From Candidatus Moraniibacteriota bacterium (GTDB lineage Bacteria; Patescibacteriota; Minisyncoccia; Moranbacterales; UBA2206), in NCBI GenBank assembly GCA_013334765.1, contig JAAXWW010000004.1, positions 42,557-106,556 on the forward strand: a stretch of 64,000 bases of DNA. The letters run 5' to 3'. The notes beneath the pieces are model-generated. The model worked only from the letters and a program-made list of their open reading frames with translations, was not told the DNA's origin and made no database searches. Positions 19,512 through 30,233 of this stretch are shown here, piece by piece. The translations under genes were made by a program, and so were the position numbers. Numbering within the stretch: position 1 is the first letter of the stretch; each line of letters opens with the position of its first letter.

Positions 19512-20444
19512 CTAGTCAAGCAGCTTGCCTATCCTATCCTTGAAAATCTCGAATATCCTCGGCCCCTGCGGATGCGGCAGGAAAATCAAAGCCTTGCTGT
19601 CCGCCACTGTCATGCCGCCTTCCTGATGGGTGCGCGGATCATTCTCGATCCGCCTTTTCTGCCAATCGCCAAGCTTCTCCTCAATGGTTCCGGCAGAGAG
19701 AATCTTCTCTCCGATCTTTCTAGGGAAAGAGCTCAGCCATGAATCGTCGATTATCTTGAGGTTCGCGATCCCGGAAGGCTGATAATTGCAATGATAGTCC
19801 CTTATCCATGAATTGTCCTTCCTGAACCTGTCGTATTCCTCTTGCCCGAACATCGGCAGCATGAAGGAATATTCAGAAGAGGAAAACAGGTCTTTCAGCA
19901 TGATTTCGCGCGATCCGGTCGTTATGAAATGATTGAGGCAGATGCGGTCTTTTATCTTGTTCCCGTAGCGCCTTTTCCCGATAAGATGGACCAGTCCAGT
20001 CACCAAAAGGCGCCCCGTGAATATCTTCCCTTCCTCGATGACTATCAGAAGATCGAGATCGCTTTTCCTTTTGGCGTTCTTCATCGCCACTCTGCCAGTC
20101 ACAGCCACCATCCTCACGAACGGCACGAAACGCAGAGCGTTGGTGACTCTTCTGATTATCATGAACTTTTCCTCCGAAATCTTGTTGCGTTTTATTCGCT
20201 CATCAGCCAATTCATTTCTTCCTTTCAAGAAATAGAAGCCATGATACTGCCCGATATATTTTTTCAAATCACTCCCCTCAAGTTCTTTCACTACATCTGA
20301 TAACCTGATCTCGCCGCCATTCGCATCGACGCTACTGTTCCGCGTCAAAAGATATTTCCAAATCTCAAAAGAAGTCATCGGATAGCTGAGGACATCGTAA
20401 TAGGCAACGGTTTCAAGGATGGATTTCGACAGGTTCTGCAGCAT
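19512..20444 (-). CDS. Pol-beta-superfamily nucleotidyltransferase-like protein of unknown function
   Basis: G-x11-DLD motif (VTGRVAMKNAKRKSDLDLLIV) resembling minimal NTase / AbiEii-DUF1814-type cores; no partner gene adjacent. Confidence 0.5.
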   Translation of the reverse strand: MLQNLSKSILETVAYYDVLSYPMTSFEIWKYLLTRNSSVDANGGEIRLSDVVKELEGSDLKKYIGQYHGFYFLKGRNELADERIKRNKISEEKFMIIRRVTNALRFVPFVRMVAVTGRVAMKNAKRKSDLDLLIVIEEGKIFTGRLLVTGLVHLIGKRRYGNKIKDRICLNHFITTGSREIMLKDLFSSSEYSFMLPMFGQEEYDRFRKDNSWIRDYHCNYQPSGIANLKIIDDSWLSSFPRKIGEKILSAGTIEEKLGDWQKRRIENDPRTHQEGGMTVADSKALIFLPHPQGPRIFEIFKDRIGKLLD

Positions 20445-20500
20445 ACGTTATATTGAGCCGGATTTCATTTTATATTCGATGCGTAAGTCTCACAAAATAC

Positions 20501-23329
20501 CTAGAGATATTTCCCTGTCACGCTCCTTTTGCAGCTCTTGAGCCCTTTGGGCGTTCCTGCATAGACAAGTTCGCCGCCTTTTTCTCCTCCCTCGGGACCC
20601 AGATCGATCACCCAATCGGAGTTCTTGACCACGTCCAGGTTGTGTTCGACAACCAGAACCGTATTCCCTTTATCGACAAGCGCGTCCAGGACCAGAAGCA
20701 ACTTCTTCACGTCTTCGAAATGCAGCCCGATTGTCGGCTCGTCAAGGACATACAGCGTCTTTCCGGTTGAACGGCGCGCCAGCTCGGTCGCCAACTTGAT
20801 CCTCTGCGCTTCCCCGCCGCTCATATCAGTCGCGCTCTGGCCGAGCTTAAGATAGCCCAATCCAACCGATTCCAATGTTTCCAATTTCTCAGCAATGAGT
20901 TTCGAATTCTTGAAAAAAGAATGCGCATAAGAAACGCTCATGTCGAGAACATCGGCTATGTTGACTCCGCGATATTCTATTTCCAAAGTCTTCTGGTTGT
21001 ATCTCGATCCTCCGCAGCTCTCGCATTTGACATACATATCCGGCAAGAGATGCATCTCTATCTTCCTGTTTCCGTCGCCCTGGCAATTCTCGCACCGACC
21101 GCCTTTCATGTTGAAACTGAAACGGCTGGCATCATAGCCGCGCCTCTTCGCTTCCTCCATCTCTGAAAAAAGCTCGCGTATGAGGGAGAACACTCCCGTA
21201 TAGGTCGCTGCGTTCGATCTGGGCGTGCGTCCGATCGGAGACTGATTGATGCTTATCACTTTATCGATATTCGAAAGCCCCGTTATTTTCTTGTGACGCC
21301 CAGGATTATCTTTGGAACCGAAGAAATGCTTGGACAAAGCCTTGGAAAGAATATCCCTTACCAGAGTCGATTTTCCGGAACCGGAAACACCAGTCACCGA
21401 AATGAATTTACCAAGCGGAATCTCTACATCGATATTTTTGAGATTATGCTCGCTAGCAGAATGAATCTTGATGGATTTACCATTCCCCTTCCGGCATTTC
21501 GTCTTTTCCGAGACTTTCAATTTCCCGCTCAGATATTTTCCCGTAAGAGTTTTGGCTTTGATCATTTTGGCATAATCTCCCTCGAAAATAACCTCACCGC
21601 CTTCTTCTCCAGCGCCAGGCCCCATGTCAATGACCCAATCGGCACGCCTTATGATCTCCTCATCATGTTCGACCACGATCAAAGAATTTCCTGCTGCGCG
21701 CAATTTTTCCATCGTGTCGATCAGTTTTTCCGTATCGCGATTGTGCAACCCCATCGACGGTTCATCAAGGACATACGTAATTCCGGAAAGCTCCGACCCT
21801 ATCTGGGTTGCCAGACGGATCCTTTGCCCCTCTCCTCCGGAAATCGAATCCGCTGAACGGGAAAGCGACAGATAATCAAGCCCGACGTTTTTGAGCGCCA
21901 TGGCTTTAAGTCTCATTTCTTTCACGAGCGGAAGTACCATCTCTTTTTTCATTTTGCTCCAAGCCGCATTTTCCGCCTCCGTCAAAAACTCCAGGAAACC
22001 TGAAATCGGGAGACTGACAACCTCGTCGATTGATTTTCCTAAAACCAAAACGGAAAGAAATTCGTTTCGAAGCCGTTGGCCTTTGCAGATCGGGCACGGC
22101 TTCTCGATTATGTATTTTTCGATATCGCTTCTTGAATGATTGCCATTGGCATCTTCGTATCTTTTTTTCATTATCGGAATCACGCCGTCAAATGGGATAT
22201 CCGGATCATTCGATCCATAGAGAACAGCGTTCAGATTTTCACGGCTGATTTTATTGACGGGAGTGCCCAGCGAAAATCCGCATTTCTCCCCCAAAGTTCT
22301 CAGAATATTCCCCCCATTCCCGAGCATCGAAAACTTCCCTCCGGACTTGTTCCAGGAAAGGATAGCCCCTTCCGAAAGTGAAAGGTTCTTGTTCGGAATG
22401 ATGAGATCCTCGTCGATTTCCCTGATGACTCCGAGTCCGGAACAATGAGGACAAGCTCCTTCGTGATTATTGAAAGAGAAATGCCGCGGAGAGATTTCCG
22501 GAAGTTTGAAATCGCATTTCGAGCAGATAAAATCACGGTTATACTGTTTCCCCGCCTCTCCGCTTTTAGCCACCATCATCGTTCCTTTCCCGAGTTTGAA
22601 AGCAGTTTCGACCGAATCCAATATCCGCTCCTTATCCGGATTCTTTTCGTTGTGGATTATCCTGTCCACCACAATTTCCACCACATCAAGCGCATCCAAT
22701 TCTTCTTCATTACCCTGATATGCTTCATCGAAAGTCATTATCTTCCCTCCGATCCTGAGCCTCGCGTATCCAAGCTGAGAAACGCTTCTCAAAATCTCTC
22801 TCGCATTTTTTCCTTTCTCGCGAATGATAGCGATGATAACTAGCTGGGTCTTGTCAGGGAAAAAGAAAATCTCTTCCAAAACTTCCCGATTGGAAATCTT
22901 CTTCATGGGAATCTTGCAATTCGGACAGTGCGGCGTTCCGATCTTAGCGAACATGACACGGAGATAATCGTATATTTCCGTAAGAGTTCCGACAGTCGAA
23001 CGAGGCGAACGGCTCAAGCTTTTCTGATCGATGGAAATAGTCGGCGTCAGATTCTCGATCTTGTCCACATCCGGTTTCGATCCAGAATCCAAAAACTGCC
23101 GAGCATAGCTCGACATACCTTCAAGATATCTCCTATTGCCCTCCGCATAAATGGCATCGAAAGCGAGCGATGACTTCCCCGATCCGGAAAGCCCAGTGAT
23201 AACCACCATCTTGTCGCGCGGAATCTCGACGTTCACATTCTTGAGATTATTCACCCGCGCGCCCCTGACTATTATCTTATCCCTTTTCGTCTCGTTCTTC
23301 ATCTTCCCCCTGGTTTGATTCTGCGCCAT
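20501..23329 (-). CDS. uvrA: excinuclease ABC subunit A (UvrA), copy 1; start trimmed to [20 protein letters not shown]
   Basis: Two ABC ATPase modules with Walker [10 protein letters not shown] / GVSGSGKST, signatures LSGGEGQR / LSGGEAQR, zinc-finger Cys motifs. Confidence 0.9.
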   Translation of the reverse strand: MAQNQTRGKMKNETKRDKIIVRGARVNNLKNVNVEIPRDKMVVITGLSGSGKSSLAFDAIYAEGNRRYLEGMSSYARQFLDSGSKPDVDKIENLTPTISIDQKSLSRSPRSTVGTLTEIYDYLRVMFAKIGTPHCPNCKIPMKKISNREVLEEIFFFPDKTQLVIIAIIREKGKNAREILRSVSQLGYARLRIGGKIMTFDEAYQGNEEELDALDVVEIVVDRIIHNEKNPDKERILDSVETAFKLGKGTMMVAKSGEAGKQYNRDFICSKCDFKLPEISPRHFSFNNHEGACPHCSGLGVIREIDEDLIIPNKNLSLSEGAILSWNKSGGKFSMLGNGGNILRTLGEKCGFSLGTPVNKISRENLNAVLYGSNDPDIPFDGVIPIMKKRYEDANGNHSRSDIEKYIIEKPCPICKGQRLRNEFLSVLVLGKSIDEVVSLPISGFLEFLTEAENAAWSKMKKEMVLPLVKEMRLKAMALKNVGLDYLSLSRSADSISGGEGQRIRLATQIGSELSGITYVLDEPSMGLHNRDTEKLIDTMEKLRAAGNSLIVVEHDEEIIRRADWVIDMGPGAGEEGGEVIFEGDYAKMIKAKTLTGKYLSGKLKVSEKTKCRKGNGKSIKIHSASEHNLKNIDVEIPLGKFISVTGVSGSGKSTLVRDILSKALSKHFFGSKDNPGRHKKITGLSNIDKVISINQSPIGRTPRSNAATYTGVFSLIRELFSEMEEAKRRGYDASRFSFNMKGGRCENCQGDGNRKIEMHLLPDMYVKCESCGGSRYNQKTLEIEYRGVNIADVLDMSVSYAHSFFKNSKLIAEKLETLESVGLGYLKLGQSATDMSGGEAQRIKLATELARRSTGKTLYVLDEPTIGLHFEDVKKLLLVLDALVDKGNTVLVVEHNLDVVKNSDWVIDLGPEGGEKGGELVYAGTPKGLKSCKRSVTGKYL

Positions 23330-23495
23330 TTTGGTAAGTGAGTTTAAAAAGCGAAAAACACGTTTACAGGTAGAAATTCTACAGCAGTTTTTGGGAAATG
23401 TCAAAGGTTCGCATGACATAATGAGAAATTGTAAAATGCAACAGAAAGCAAAGAAACATAAATATGCAATAAATACCTATGATTGAAAAGCTTGC

Positions 23496-23626
23496 CGTCC
23501 GAGAAGTTATTTTCAGAATCATTGACTGAGCTCTACACAAAAACCACTTGCTATAAAAAACCGACAAGCAAAACTTACACCCGCAAAAGTCGCAATAATG
23601 ATTCTGAAAATAACTTCTCGGACGGT
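23496..23626. repeat. 131-bp inverted-repeat element: 29-bp perfect terminal IRs flanking the conserved core (ATTGACTGAG ... AACTTACAC-N9-TCGCAATAA)
   Basis: IR ccgtccgagaagttattttcagaatcatt / aatgattctgaaaataacttctcggacgg; core shared with the 39278 and 42483 elements. Confidence 0.7.
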
Positions 23627-23646
23627 AGCAAACGCGCTCCGGTTTA

Positions 23647-24885
23647 TTATTCCAAAATCGCCCGACTCCGCAGTTTCCTATGATAAGTGATTGCGAAACG
23701 ATGCGCTTCATCGCGCATCTGTTCGATTATGTTTTCTGGAACCTCTGGCACATTACCGAAAGGATAAAGATCCAGCTTCTTCCTGGTCGGTCCTTTGGCA
23801 ACCGCCAAGAGAGGAATATCCGAACGAAGCGAACGCAAAACTCTCCTCGCCATATTAAGATGCCCCCTTCCGCCATCAAGAACAATGAGACTCGGCCGCT
23901 GCCAGCTGTTTTTCAGCCTCCTTCTCAAAACTTCTTCCATCGCCGCAACATCATTTATTCCCTCTATGCTCTTTATCCTGAACTTCCTATATTCATTCTT
24001 GTTCGGTTCCAGCATCCCTTTCGAATTGTCGAAAACCACCATCGAACCAACCATGTGGCTGCCGGAAATATTGGAGATATCATAGGCTTCGATCCGCATC
24101 GGTTCCGGTGACTCAGAATGAGAAGCCTCTTCATCTGCCTTCGATATCATCGCGATATCCCGAATATGCTTCAAGGCGAAAATCTTATTGCGAGCACCTG
24201 CCGCACATTCGAAATCCTCAGTCTTGGAACATTCCTCCATATCTTTCTGAAGCTCGCGGATGAGGCTCGATTTCTTTCCGCGGAGTATCATCTCGATCCC
24301 TCGGATATTCTTGAGGTAGTCGCGCCGGGATATCGCCCCGTCATACGGACCAGGGCAAAGCCCGATCTGATAATCCAGACATCCTTTCTCGCTATGTTCG
24401 GAACGGGAATGATACGGGAATATTTTGCGAAGGATCTTGAGAGCGGTGTCGATCTGGCGACGCGAAGTATACGGTCCGTATATTTTGGAATAGTTTTTCT
24501 TCGCTTCACTATCGCTCCCTAAATCCGTTTTTCTCATCACCAAGAATTTCGGAAATTCCTCCTTTGTCACAACAACATATACGAAGGACTTATCATCCTT
24601 CCCCATAGCGTTATACTTCGGTTGAAGATCCTTGATCAGTCCCTGCTCCAAAATATACGCCTCCAGGACCGTATCGGTTTTCCTGATTTCCAAGTCCGAT
24701 ACCTCATCGATAAAAAGTTCGATCATCCTGGCATAACCAGCTTTGCTTTGGAAATAGGAAGACACCCGGTCTTTGAGCGATGTCGCTTTCCCGACATACA
24801 AAACCTCACTGGCGTCATTTTTGAAAATATACACACCAGGAGAAGATGGAAGGGATCTTAATTTTCGTTCTAGTTTTGTTGACAT
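23647..24885 (-). CDS. uvrC: excinuclease ABC subunit C (UvrC), short form lacking the C-terminal (HhH)2 domain; start at MSTKLERK
   Basis: GIY-YIG N-terminus (GVYIFKNDASEVLYVGKATSLKDR), UvrBC-interaction region, RNase H-like endonuclease domain (RIEAYDISN, DGGRGH, RDEAHRFA) ending ~10 aa after HRFA. Confidence 0.8.
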   Translation of the reverse strand: MSTKLERKLRSLPSSPGVYIFKNDASEVLYVGKATSLKDRVSSYFQSKAGYARMIELFIDEVSDLEIRKTDTVLEAYILEQGLIKDLQPKYNAMGKDDKSFVYVVVTKEEFPKFLVMRKTDLGSDSEAKKNYSKIYGPYTSRRQIDTALKILRKIFPYHSRSEHSEKGCLDYQIGLCPGPYDGAISRRDYLKNIRGIEMILRGKKSSLIRELQKDMEECSKTEDFECAAGARNKIFALKHIRDIAMISKADEEASHSESPEPMRIEAYDISNISGSHMVGSMVVFDNSKGMLEPNKNEYRKFRIKSIEGINDVAAMEEVLRRRLKNSWQRPSLIVLDGGRGHLNMARRVLRSLRSDIPLLAVAKGPTRKKLDLYPFGNVPEVPENIIEQMRDEAHRFAITYHRKLRSRAILE

Positions 24886-24953
24886 TTTTATGAATATAGA
24901 GTAATCTATTGGGAAACAATAGCTCATTAACAACTTAACATATAGGTAGGATC

Positions 24954-25205
24954 ATGCCACAGCCAGATGCTTTGATTATTTTCGGAGCCACTATTTCATT
25001 CCAAGGAAAATTGGCTCCTCCGGTTGCTACAAATAGGTGCGTAACAAGACCCGTGCACATAGCCCTCCAAAAAGGCAGAGATGGAACAGTTATTGTTCCC
25101 AGATTGAACAGGAGCATGTTGCCTGAAGAACTGAAAAAGATGCTGAGCATACCTGGATCAGTATTGAAGTTCTCTAAAATACAGATTATTACCAATTGCA
25201 ATTAA
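24954..25205 (+). CDS. hypothetical small protein (83 aa), weak support
   Basis: ORF in the divergent intergenic region; weak SD (AGGTAGGA). Confidence 0.25.
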   Translation: MPQPDALIIFGATISFQGKLAPPVATNRCVTRPVHIALQKGRDGTVIVPRLNRSMLPEELKKMLSIPGSVLKFSKIQIITNCN

Positions 25206-25225
25206 CCTTAGACAGGGAGGAATAA

Positions 25226-25447
25226 ATGAAAGCTGAGTTAGTGGTAGGTGATCACGTGACCTGGGATGAAGAAGCAATCGCGGGAAACCGCGGCATGCAG
25301 CAGTGCTGCAAAGAAATATCTGGCCCATTTACTATCCATTCTGTAACATCCAGACCGAGACTGAATGACATTGTTTTCATAAAAACATCGGATGGGAGCA
25401 TTGTCGATCGACCGTTTGATGCAAGCCTGCTCAAATTGGCCGTATAG
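25226..25447 (+). CDS. hypothetical small protein (73 aa)
   Basis: Strong SD GGGAGG 6 nt upstream; followed by a clean intrinsic terminator. Confidence 0.5.
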   Translation: MKAELVVGDHVTWDEEAIAGNRGMQQCCKEISGPFTIHSVTSRPRLNDIVFIKTSDGSIVDRPFDASLLKLAV

Positions 25448-25467
25448 AATCCACTGCTTAGGCCCCC

Positions 25468-25505
25468 GGCGGGAGGCGCATAACTGCACCTCCCGCCTTT
25501 TTTTA
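25468..25505 (+). terminator. Rho-independent terminator
   Basis: ggcgggagg-cgcataactgca-cctcccgcc followed by TTTTTTT. Confidence 0.7.
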
Positions 25506-25529
25506 TTTCAAAAAAACATTTTCTAAAAA

Positions 25530-28478
25530 TCATTTCTTTTTCAAAACATCCCTCAAATACTTCGCCGTCTCGCTCACTTCATGATATTTCGCCACTTCTT
25601 CGGGCGTTCCGGAAACAACCACTTTCCCACCACCCTCTCCGCCTTCCGGACCGAGATCGATTATCCAATCGGCCGTCTTGATGACATCCAGGTTATGTTC
25701 GATGACCACCACTGAATTTCCGGCATCCACCAAACGGCTGAGCACATCCAGAAGCTTCTTAATATCTTCGAAATGAAGCCCGGTAGTCGGTTCGTCCAGG
25801 ATATACAACGTATCCCCGGTTCCCCGCCTGGCAAGCTCGGTCGCCAATTTGATCCTCTGCGCTTCCCCTCCGGAAACCGTAGTCGCGCTCTGTCCCAATT
25901 GGATATATCCCAGACCCACGTCTTCAAGCGTTTTCAATTTAGAATATATCTCTGGAAAGTTCTTGAAGAATTCAGCCGCATCCGTGACGGTCATATCCAA
26001 AACATCGGAAACATTCTTTTCCTTGTATTTCACCTGCAGCGTCTCGCTGTTATATCTTTTTCCATGGCATACGTCGCAAGGAAGATAGACGTCCGGCATG
26101 AACTGCATTTCTATCTTATTGAATCCTTCCCCTTGGCAGTTATCGCATCTTCCGCCTTTCACATTGAAAGAGAATCTTCCCGGACCGTACCCTTTGGCTT
26201 TGGCATCGCGCGTCGCGGCGAAAAGCTCGCGGATCGGAGTGAACACTCCCGTATAGGTCGCAGGATTGGATCTCGGCGTTCTCCCGATGGGAGACTGATC
26301 GATCATGATCACTTTGTCTATATTCTCCACTCCGACGATTTCCTTGTGTTTCCCGGGCTTGTCCAGGCTCCTCATTATTTTCGAAGACAATCCTTTATAG
26401 AGAACGTCTTCCACTAACGTAGACTTCCCAGAACCCGATACCCCGGTCACGCAGGTAAAGACCTTGAGCGGAAATTCCACAGTGATGCTTTTGAGATTGT
26501 TCTCGGTAGCCTGCCTGACTATGACGGATTTCTTGTTCTTCATGGCGCGCCTGAAAGACGGGACGGATATTTCCAGATCGCCTCGAAGATATTTGGCGGT
26601 AAGCGATTTTCCTGATCTGATCACTTCTTGAGGCGTGCCGTGGGCCACGATCTCCCCTCCATGCTTGCCGGCACCCGGCCCGAAATCGACCAGATAATCC
26701 GCCGCTCGCATAGTCTCCTCGTCATGTTCCACCACGATCAAAGTGTTTCCGATATCGCGAAGGGAAAGAAGCGTGGAAAGCAATTTGGTATTATCGCGGG
26801 GATGGAGCCCGATCGACGGCTCGTCCAGGATATACAGAACGCCTGTAAGCTGCGAACCGATCTGAGACGCCAGGCGGATCCTCTGCGCTTCCCCGCCCGC
26901 CAATGTGGCGGCGCTGCGATGAAGCGTCAGATAGCCCAGTCCCACGTTTTCCAAAAATCCAAGCCTGTTCCAGATTTCTTTCAATATCCTTCCGGCAATC
27001 ATTTTCTCCCTATCCGAAAGGGAAAGCTCGCAGAAAAACGCCAGCGATTCCTTTATGCTTGTCTTTGAAACATCATAAATATTCCTATCCCTGAGGGTGA
27101 CCAATAGCGTCTCCTTCTTATATCTGGCTCCATGACAGGTCGAACAAGGATTCTGCGACATGTATTTCTCGATGTCAGTCCTCACGGCATCGGAATCCGT
27201 TTTCAGATACCTGTCCTGAAGATAGCCGACCACTCCCCGCCAATGCATGTTATATTTCCAGCTCGATCCGGTTTTCGATCGGAGCGTCACCGGAATATCG
27301 TCGGCCTCCTCTTCCGGAATCATATCGGTCGCGTCCGGCGAACCGAACATGAGCGTGTTGAAATCATCGTCGGACAGATCGCGAAGACGGATATTATCCC
27401 TTATGTGATAGTGATTGGTGACCGCTCGAAGGACCGTTCCCTGCCAATTGTTCTTCTTATAGCTCCACGGCATCAAACCGCCCTCGGCAATAGTCTTGTT
27501 CTTGTCCGGCGCCACCAGATCAGGATCGATTTCCTTTTTGAGTCCCAATCCTTCGCAATCAGGACAAGCCCCATACGGGCTGTTGAAAGAGAAAAGCCTC
27601 GGTTCCAATTCGGGGAATTCTATCTCATGCACCGGACAGGAAAAATTCTGATTGAAAATCATTTCCGCATCTGGATTCTCATCGCCCGCTTCAGTTTTTT
27701 TCGGTTTCGATTTCTTGCTATCGGATTTGATCTTGACTATCCCATGGGAAAGATTGAGCGCTTTTTCCACGTCCTCGAATATCCTGGCGATGTTCCCATC
27801 GCTCACTTCGACATCGTCGATAACGATGTCCACATCGTGCTTCTTATATCTCGCCAGCTTCACCTTCTCGCCCATCTTCGCGCTGAGCTCGTATCGCTTG
27901 CCATTGACATACGCATAGGAAAAACCGCGCTTATGCATATCCTCAAGAAGAGTCGAATATTCCCCCTTGCGGCCGCGGACCACCGGAGACAGGATCTCTA
28001 TCTTCGGACATTCAGCGCTCTTTATGGCAGCCTTCCCTCCTTTGAGGCATGCTTCAAGAATCCTATCCACGATCTCATCGACTGACAGTTTCACTATTTC
28101 GCGCCCGCATATCGGACAGTGCGCCACTCCGATCTTGGCATAAAGAAGACGCAGATAGTCATGGATTTCCGTTACCGTCCCGACAGTTGATCGAGGATTC
28201 CTCGAAGCCGATTTCTGATCGATGGAAATAGCCGGCGACAGTCCCTCGATAAGGTCCACGTCCGGTTTCTCCATCTTTCCCAAAAACTGCCGCGCATAAC
28301 TGGAAAGGCTTTCCAGATAGCGCCGTTGCCCTTCAGCGAATATGGTATCGAAAGCCAAAGTCGACTTCCCTGATCCGGAGAGGCCTGTGAAGATTATGAA
28401 TTTATTGCGAGGAAGATCGAGATCGATATTCTTGAGATTATGTTCCCTCGCCCCTCTTATGATTATTTTATCCTGCAT
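25530..28478 (-). CDS. uvrA: excinuclease ABC subunit A (UvrA), copy 2 (full length, 982 aa)
   Basis: MQDKIIIRGAREHNLKNI N-terminus; both ABC modules and signature motifs present; ~50% identical to copy 1 by eye. Confidence 0.9.
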   Translation of the reverse strand: MQDKIIIRGAREHNLKNIDLDLPRNKFIIFTGLSGSGKSTLAFDTIFAEGQRRYLESLSSYARQFLGKMEKPDVDLIEGLSPAISIDQKSASRNPRSTVGTVTEIHDYLRLLYAKIGVAHCPICGREIVKLSVDEIVDRILEACLKGGKAAIKSAECPKIEILSPVVRGRKGEYSTLLEDMHKRGFSYAYVNGKRYELSAKMGEKVKLARYKKHDVDIVIDDVEVSDGNIARIFEDVEKALNLSHGIVKIKSDSKKSKPKKTEAGDENPDAEMIFNQNFSCPVHEIEFPELEPRLFSFNSPYGACPDCEGLGLKKEIDPDLVAPDKNKTIAEGGLMPWSYKKNNWQGTVLRAVTNHYHIRDNIRLRDLSDDDFNTLMFGSPDATDMIPEEEADDIPVTLRSKTGSSWKYNMHWRGVVGYLQDRYLKTDSDAVRTDIEKYMSQNPCSTCHGARYKKETLLVTLRDRNIYDVSKTSIKESLAFFCELSLSDREKMIAGRILKEIWNRLGFLENVGLGYLTLHRSAATLAGGEAQRIRLASQIGSQLTGVLYILDEPSIGLHPRDNTKLLSTLLSLRDIGNTLIVVEHDEETMRAADYLVDFGPGAGKHGGEIVAHGTPQEVIRSGKSLTAKYLRGDLEISVPSFRRAMKNKKSVIVRQATENNLKSITVEFPLKVFTCVTGVSGSGKSTLVEDVLYKGLSSKIMRSLDKPGKHKEIVGVENIDKVIMIDQSPIGRTPRSNPATYTGVFTPIRELFAATRDAKAKGYGPGRFSFNVKGGRCDNCQGEGFNKIEMQFMPDVYLPCDVCHGKRYNSETLQVKYKEKNVSDVLDMTVTDAAEFFKNFPEIYSKLKTLEDVGLGYIQLGQSATTVSGGEAQRIKLATELARRGTGDTLYILDEPTTGLHFEDIKKLLDVLSRLVDAGNSVVVIEHNLDVIKTADWIIDLGPEGGEGGGKVVVSGTPEEVAKYHEVSETAKYLRDVLKKK

Positions 28479-28598
28479 GTTTTGAAATTGTTTTTATGGT
28501 ATGACTTACCCAAATATCACTAAAAAGACCACTTCACAGTCTACTATGAAAGCAGGATTTTATCAATATGCCACAGTTATTTTTATATTTAAAAATGC

Positions 28599-28627
28599 TT
28601 GACAAATAATAATTTGCGAGCTATATT
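28599..28627 (+). promoter_or_regulatory. sigma70-type promoter firing toward (antisense to) the 3' end of the DUF3800-like gene
   Basis: TTGACA-17 nt-TATATT (28599-28604 / 28622-28627). Confidence 0.5.
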
Positions 28628-28633
28628 CATATC

Positions 28634-28678
28634 AGAAGAGGCTGGGGAGCGAGCGTGATGCCGCGAGCCAGTTTTTTT
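28634..28678 (+). ncRNA. putative ~45-nt small RNA ending in a U7 tract, convergent with the DUF3800-like gene 3' end
   Basis: Lies between the predicted TSS (~28634) and TTTTTTT at 28672-28678; hairpin is weak, so tentative. Confidence 0.25.
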
Positions 28679-28682
28679 GTTT

Positions 28683-29489
28683 TTAGGGTAAAATAAGAAA
28701 TGGCTTGACTTCCTCAAAGAATTTCATTTTGCTTTTCTTCGCATCCTTTGGTATTTTAAATAACTTTTTATTAATAAGTTTTAGCATTCTTTCCTCGTAA
28801 TCTCCCGATTCGAATTTCTTCTTTCTTTTTTGAAAATATTTACATTTTGCAATATAAGCAAAAAGATCGGCAATCTGTTCTTCTATGTCGTGATTGTTTT
28901 TGGTAACGAATGATATGGCCGTTAACACTTCTTTGACTTTCTCATGGCTAACATTTATTTCTGGAATACCGCCCGACAAATAATAACTAAGGGCCTTATG
29001 GAAATAGAAATCCTTTTCTCCAGTAGCTGATTCGACGATTATCTTTCCCTTGGAGTCATTTGTCAAAAGAACAAGAAGAAAGTTCCTTATTAGCCATCTG
29101 CATGTTTCGTTGTATATTTTGACATCATTCCATGCCTTCTTTTTTGCTATATTCTTATCGACAACAACAAAAAACAATTTGAATTTTGAACATAGAAGAA
29201 ATTTTTCCAAATCATCTAAAAATTCTCCGCGTATTTTTTTATCTTTCAATAAGCTGAAATCATTTTCTCTCCTCCATATCTCTCTCGAATGAAAAACCAC
29301 GTCGGTTCTTCCCCAATATTTGAATTTTATCTGATCTGACCAGGTTTTTATCTTGCTCCTTTCGCTATCATCGACTGAACACCCAGAGAGAATATATAAC
29401 TCGGAATCAAGATGCTTCGGGCTGGCAGTTCCCAGTTCATCGATAAATAATTTGTATGATTTTTGTTCTTTTTCTTCCATATATTTCAC
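28683..29489 (-). CDS. DUF3800-like protein (268 aa), AT-rich, second gene of the lexA operon
   Basis: N-terminal YKLFIDELGT (DESG-like) motif and C-terminal EEQIADLFAYI motif as in DUF3800; ~30% GC versus ~46% for the flanks; 3-nt gap after lexA. Confidence 0.6.
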   Translation of the reverse strand: MKYMEEKEQKSYKLFIDELGTASPKHLDSELYILSGCSVDDSERSKIKTWSDQIKFKYWGRTDVVFHSREIWRRENDFSLLKDKKIRGEFLDDLEKFLLCSKFKLFFVVVDKNIAKKKAWNDVKIYNETCRWLIRNFLLVLLTNDSKGKIIVESATGEKDFYFHKALSYYLSGGIPEINVSHEKVKEVLTAISFVTKNNHDIEEQIADLFAYIAKCKYFQKRKKKFESGDYEERMLKLINKKLFKIPKDAKKSKMKFFEEVKPFLILP

Positions 29490-29492
29490 TTC

Positions 29493-30161
29493 CTATAAGC
29501 TCACGTACGCAACGGGCAGCACTTTCTTGAACACTCCGGCAATCAGGATCGAATCGGACTGGTGGATGAAGATCGGCTGATGGAAAGAGTTGGTCGATTT
29601 CGGAAACAGCCCGATGATATCGTCGCTCACCTTCTTGAATCTTTTTATGGTCGCCATGCCGTTTATGACAGCGACCACGATCTTGCCTTCCAACCCGTTC
29701 AGGGAATCATAGCTGTATTTTTCAAAGATGACATAGTCTCCGTCGCGGATCCCTTCCTTGTCCATCGAATCGCCGAGCGCCTTCACTGCAAAAAGGTTGG
29801 CGCTTTCCTCGCCGCGGAAGAGGGCTTTTGAAATCTGAAGGAAACCGTCCACATTGTCCTGAGCATACGCCAACGCCTCTCCGCAAGAAGCCAACCCATA
29901 GACCGGCAAAGAGAAGATATTCTTGAGATCGGCATAGTTCTCGTTTTCCACCGGATATATCTTGCGATCCGAATCGCGCCTGATAAGTTCTTTCTTTTCC
30001 AGCGATTCGATGACCTGCACGATCGATTTCAAACTTTCGTTCGCTCCGATGGAAGCGAGATACTTATGCAGCTTATAGCTGGTCGGGTTTTCCTTTTTCT
30101 GATCGATGAATTCCCGTATCGATTCCAGCATGTTGTTCTGCTTGGCAGTCAGCTTTTGCAT
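29493..30161 (-). CDS. lexA: LexA repressor (wHTH + S24 peptidase)
   Basis: N-terminal LexA DNA-binding domain; S24 motifs ALGDSMDKEGI (Ser nucleophile) and TIKRF (Lys general base). Confidence 0.85.
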   Translation of the reverse strand: MQKLTAKQNNMLESIREFIDQKKENPTSYKLHKYLASIGANESLKSIVQVIESLEKKELIRRDSDRKIYPVENENYADLKNIFSLPVYGLASCGEALAYAQDNVDGFLQISKALFRGEESANLFAVKALGDSMDKEGIRDGDYVIFEKYSYDSLNGLEGKIVVAVINGMATIKRFKKVSDDIIGLFPKSTNSFHQPIFIHQSDSILIAGVFKKVLPVAYVSL

Positions 30162-30183
30162 AGTTTTGTTTTTTTATTGCTTA

Positions 30184-30220
30184 TGATGATATATTATCAC
30201 TTTATCATTATCACTGTCAA
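30184..30220 (-). promoter_or_regulatory. lexA promoter (TTGACA-16-GATAAT) with candidate operator: near-palindrome TGATAATATATCATCA overlapping the -10 and direct repeats GTGATAAT x2
   Basis: Minus strand: TTGACAgtgataatgataaagtGATAATatatcatca...ATG. Confidence 0.4.
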
Positions 30221-30233
30221 ATGTTCTCCGGCT

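Noticed and set aside
27132-28085. 317-aa + strand ORF (and similar + ORFs at 21293, 25773, 26628)
   Set aside because: Inside the uvrA genes on the opposite strand; no independent signals.
28634-28678. Clean terminator hairpin for the putative antisense sRNA
   Set aside because: Only a 4-bp stem (ctgg/ccag) can be drawn before the T7 tract, so the sRNA call is kept at low confidence rather than asserted.
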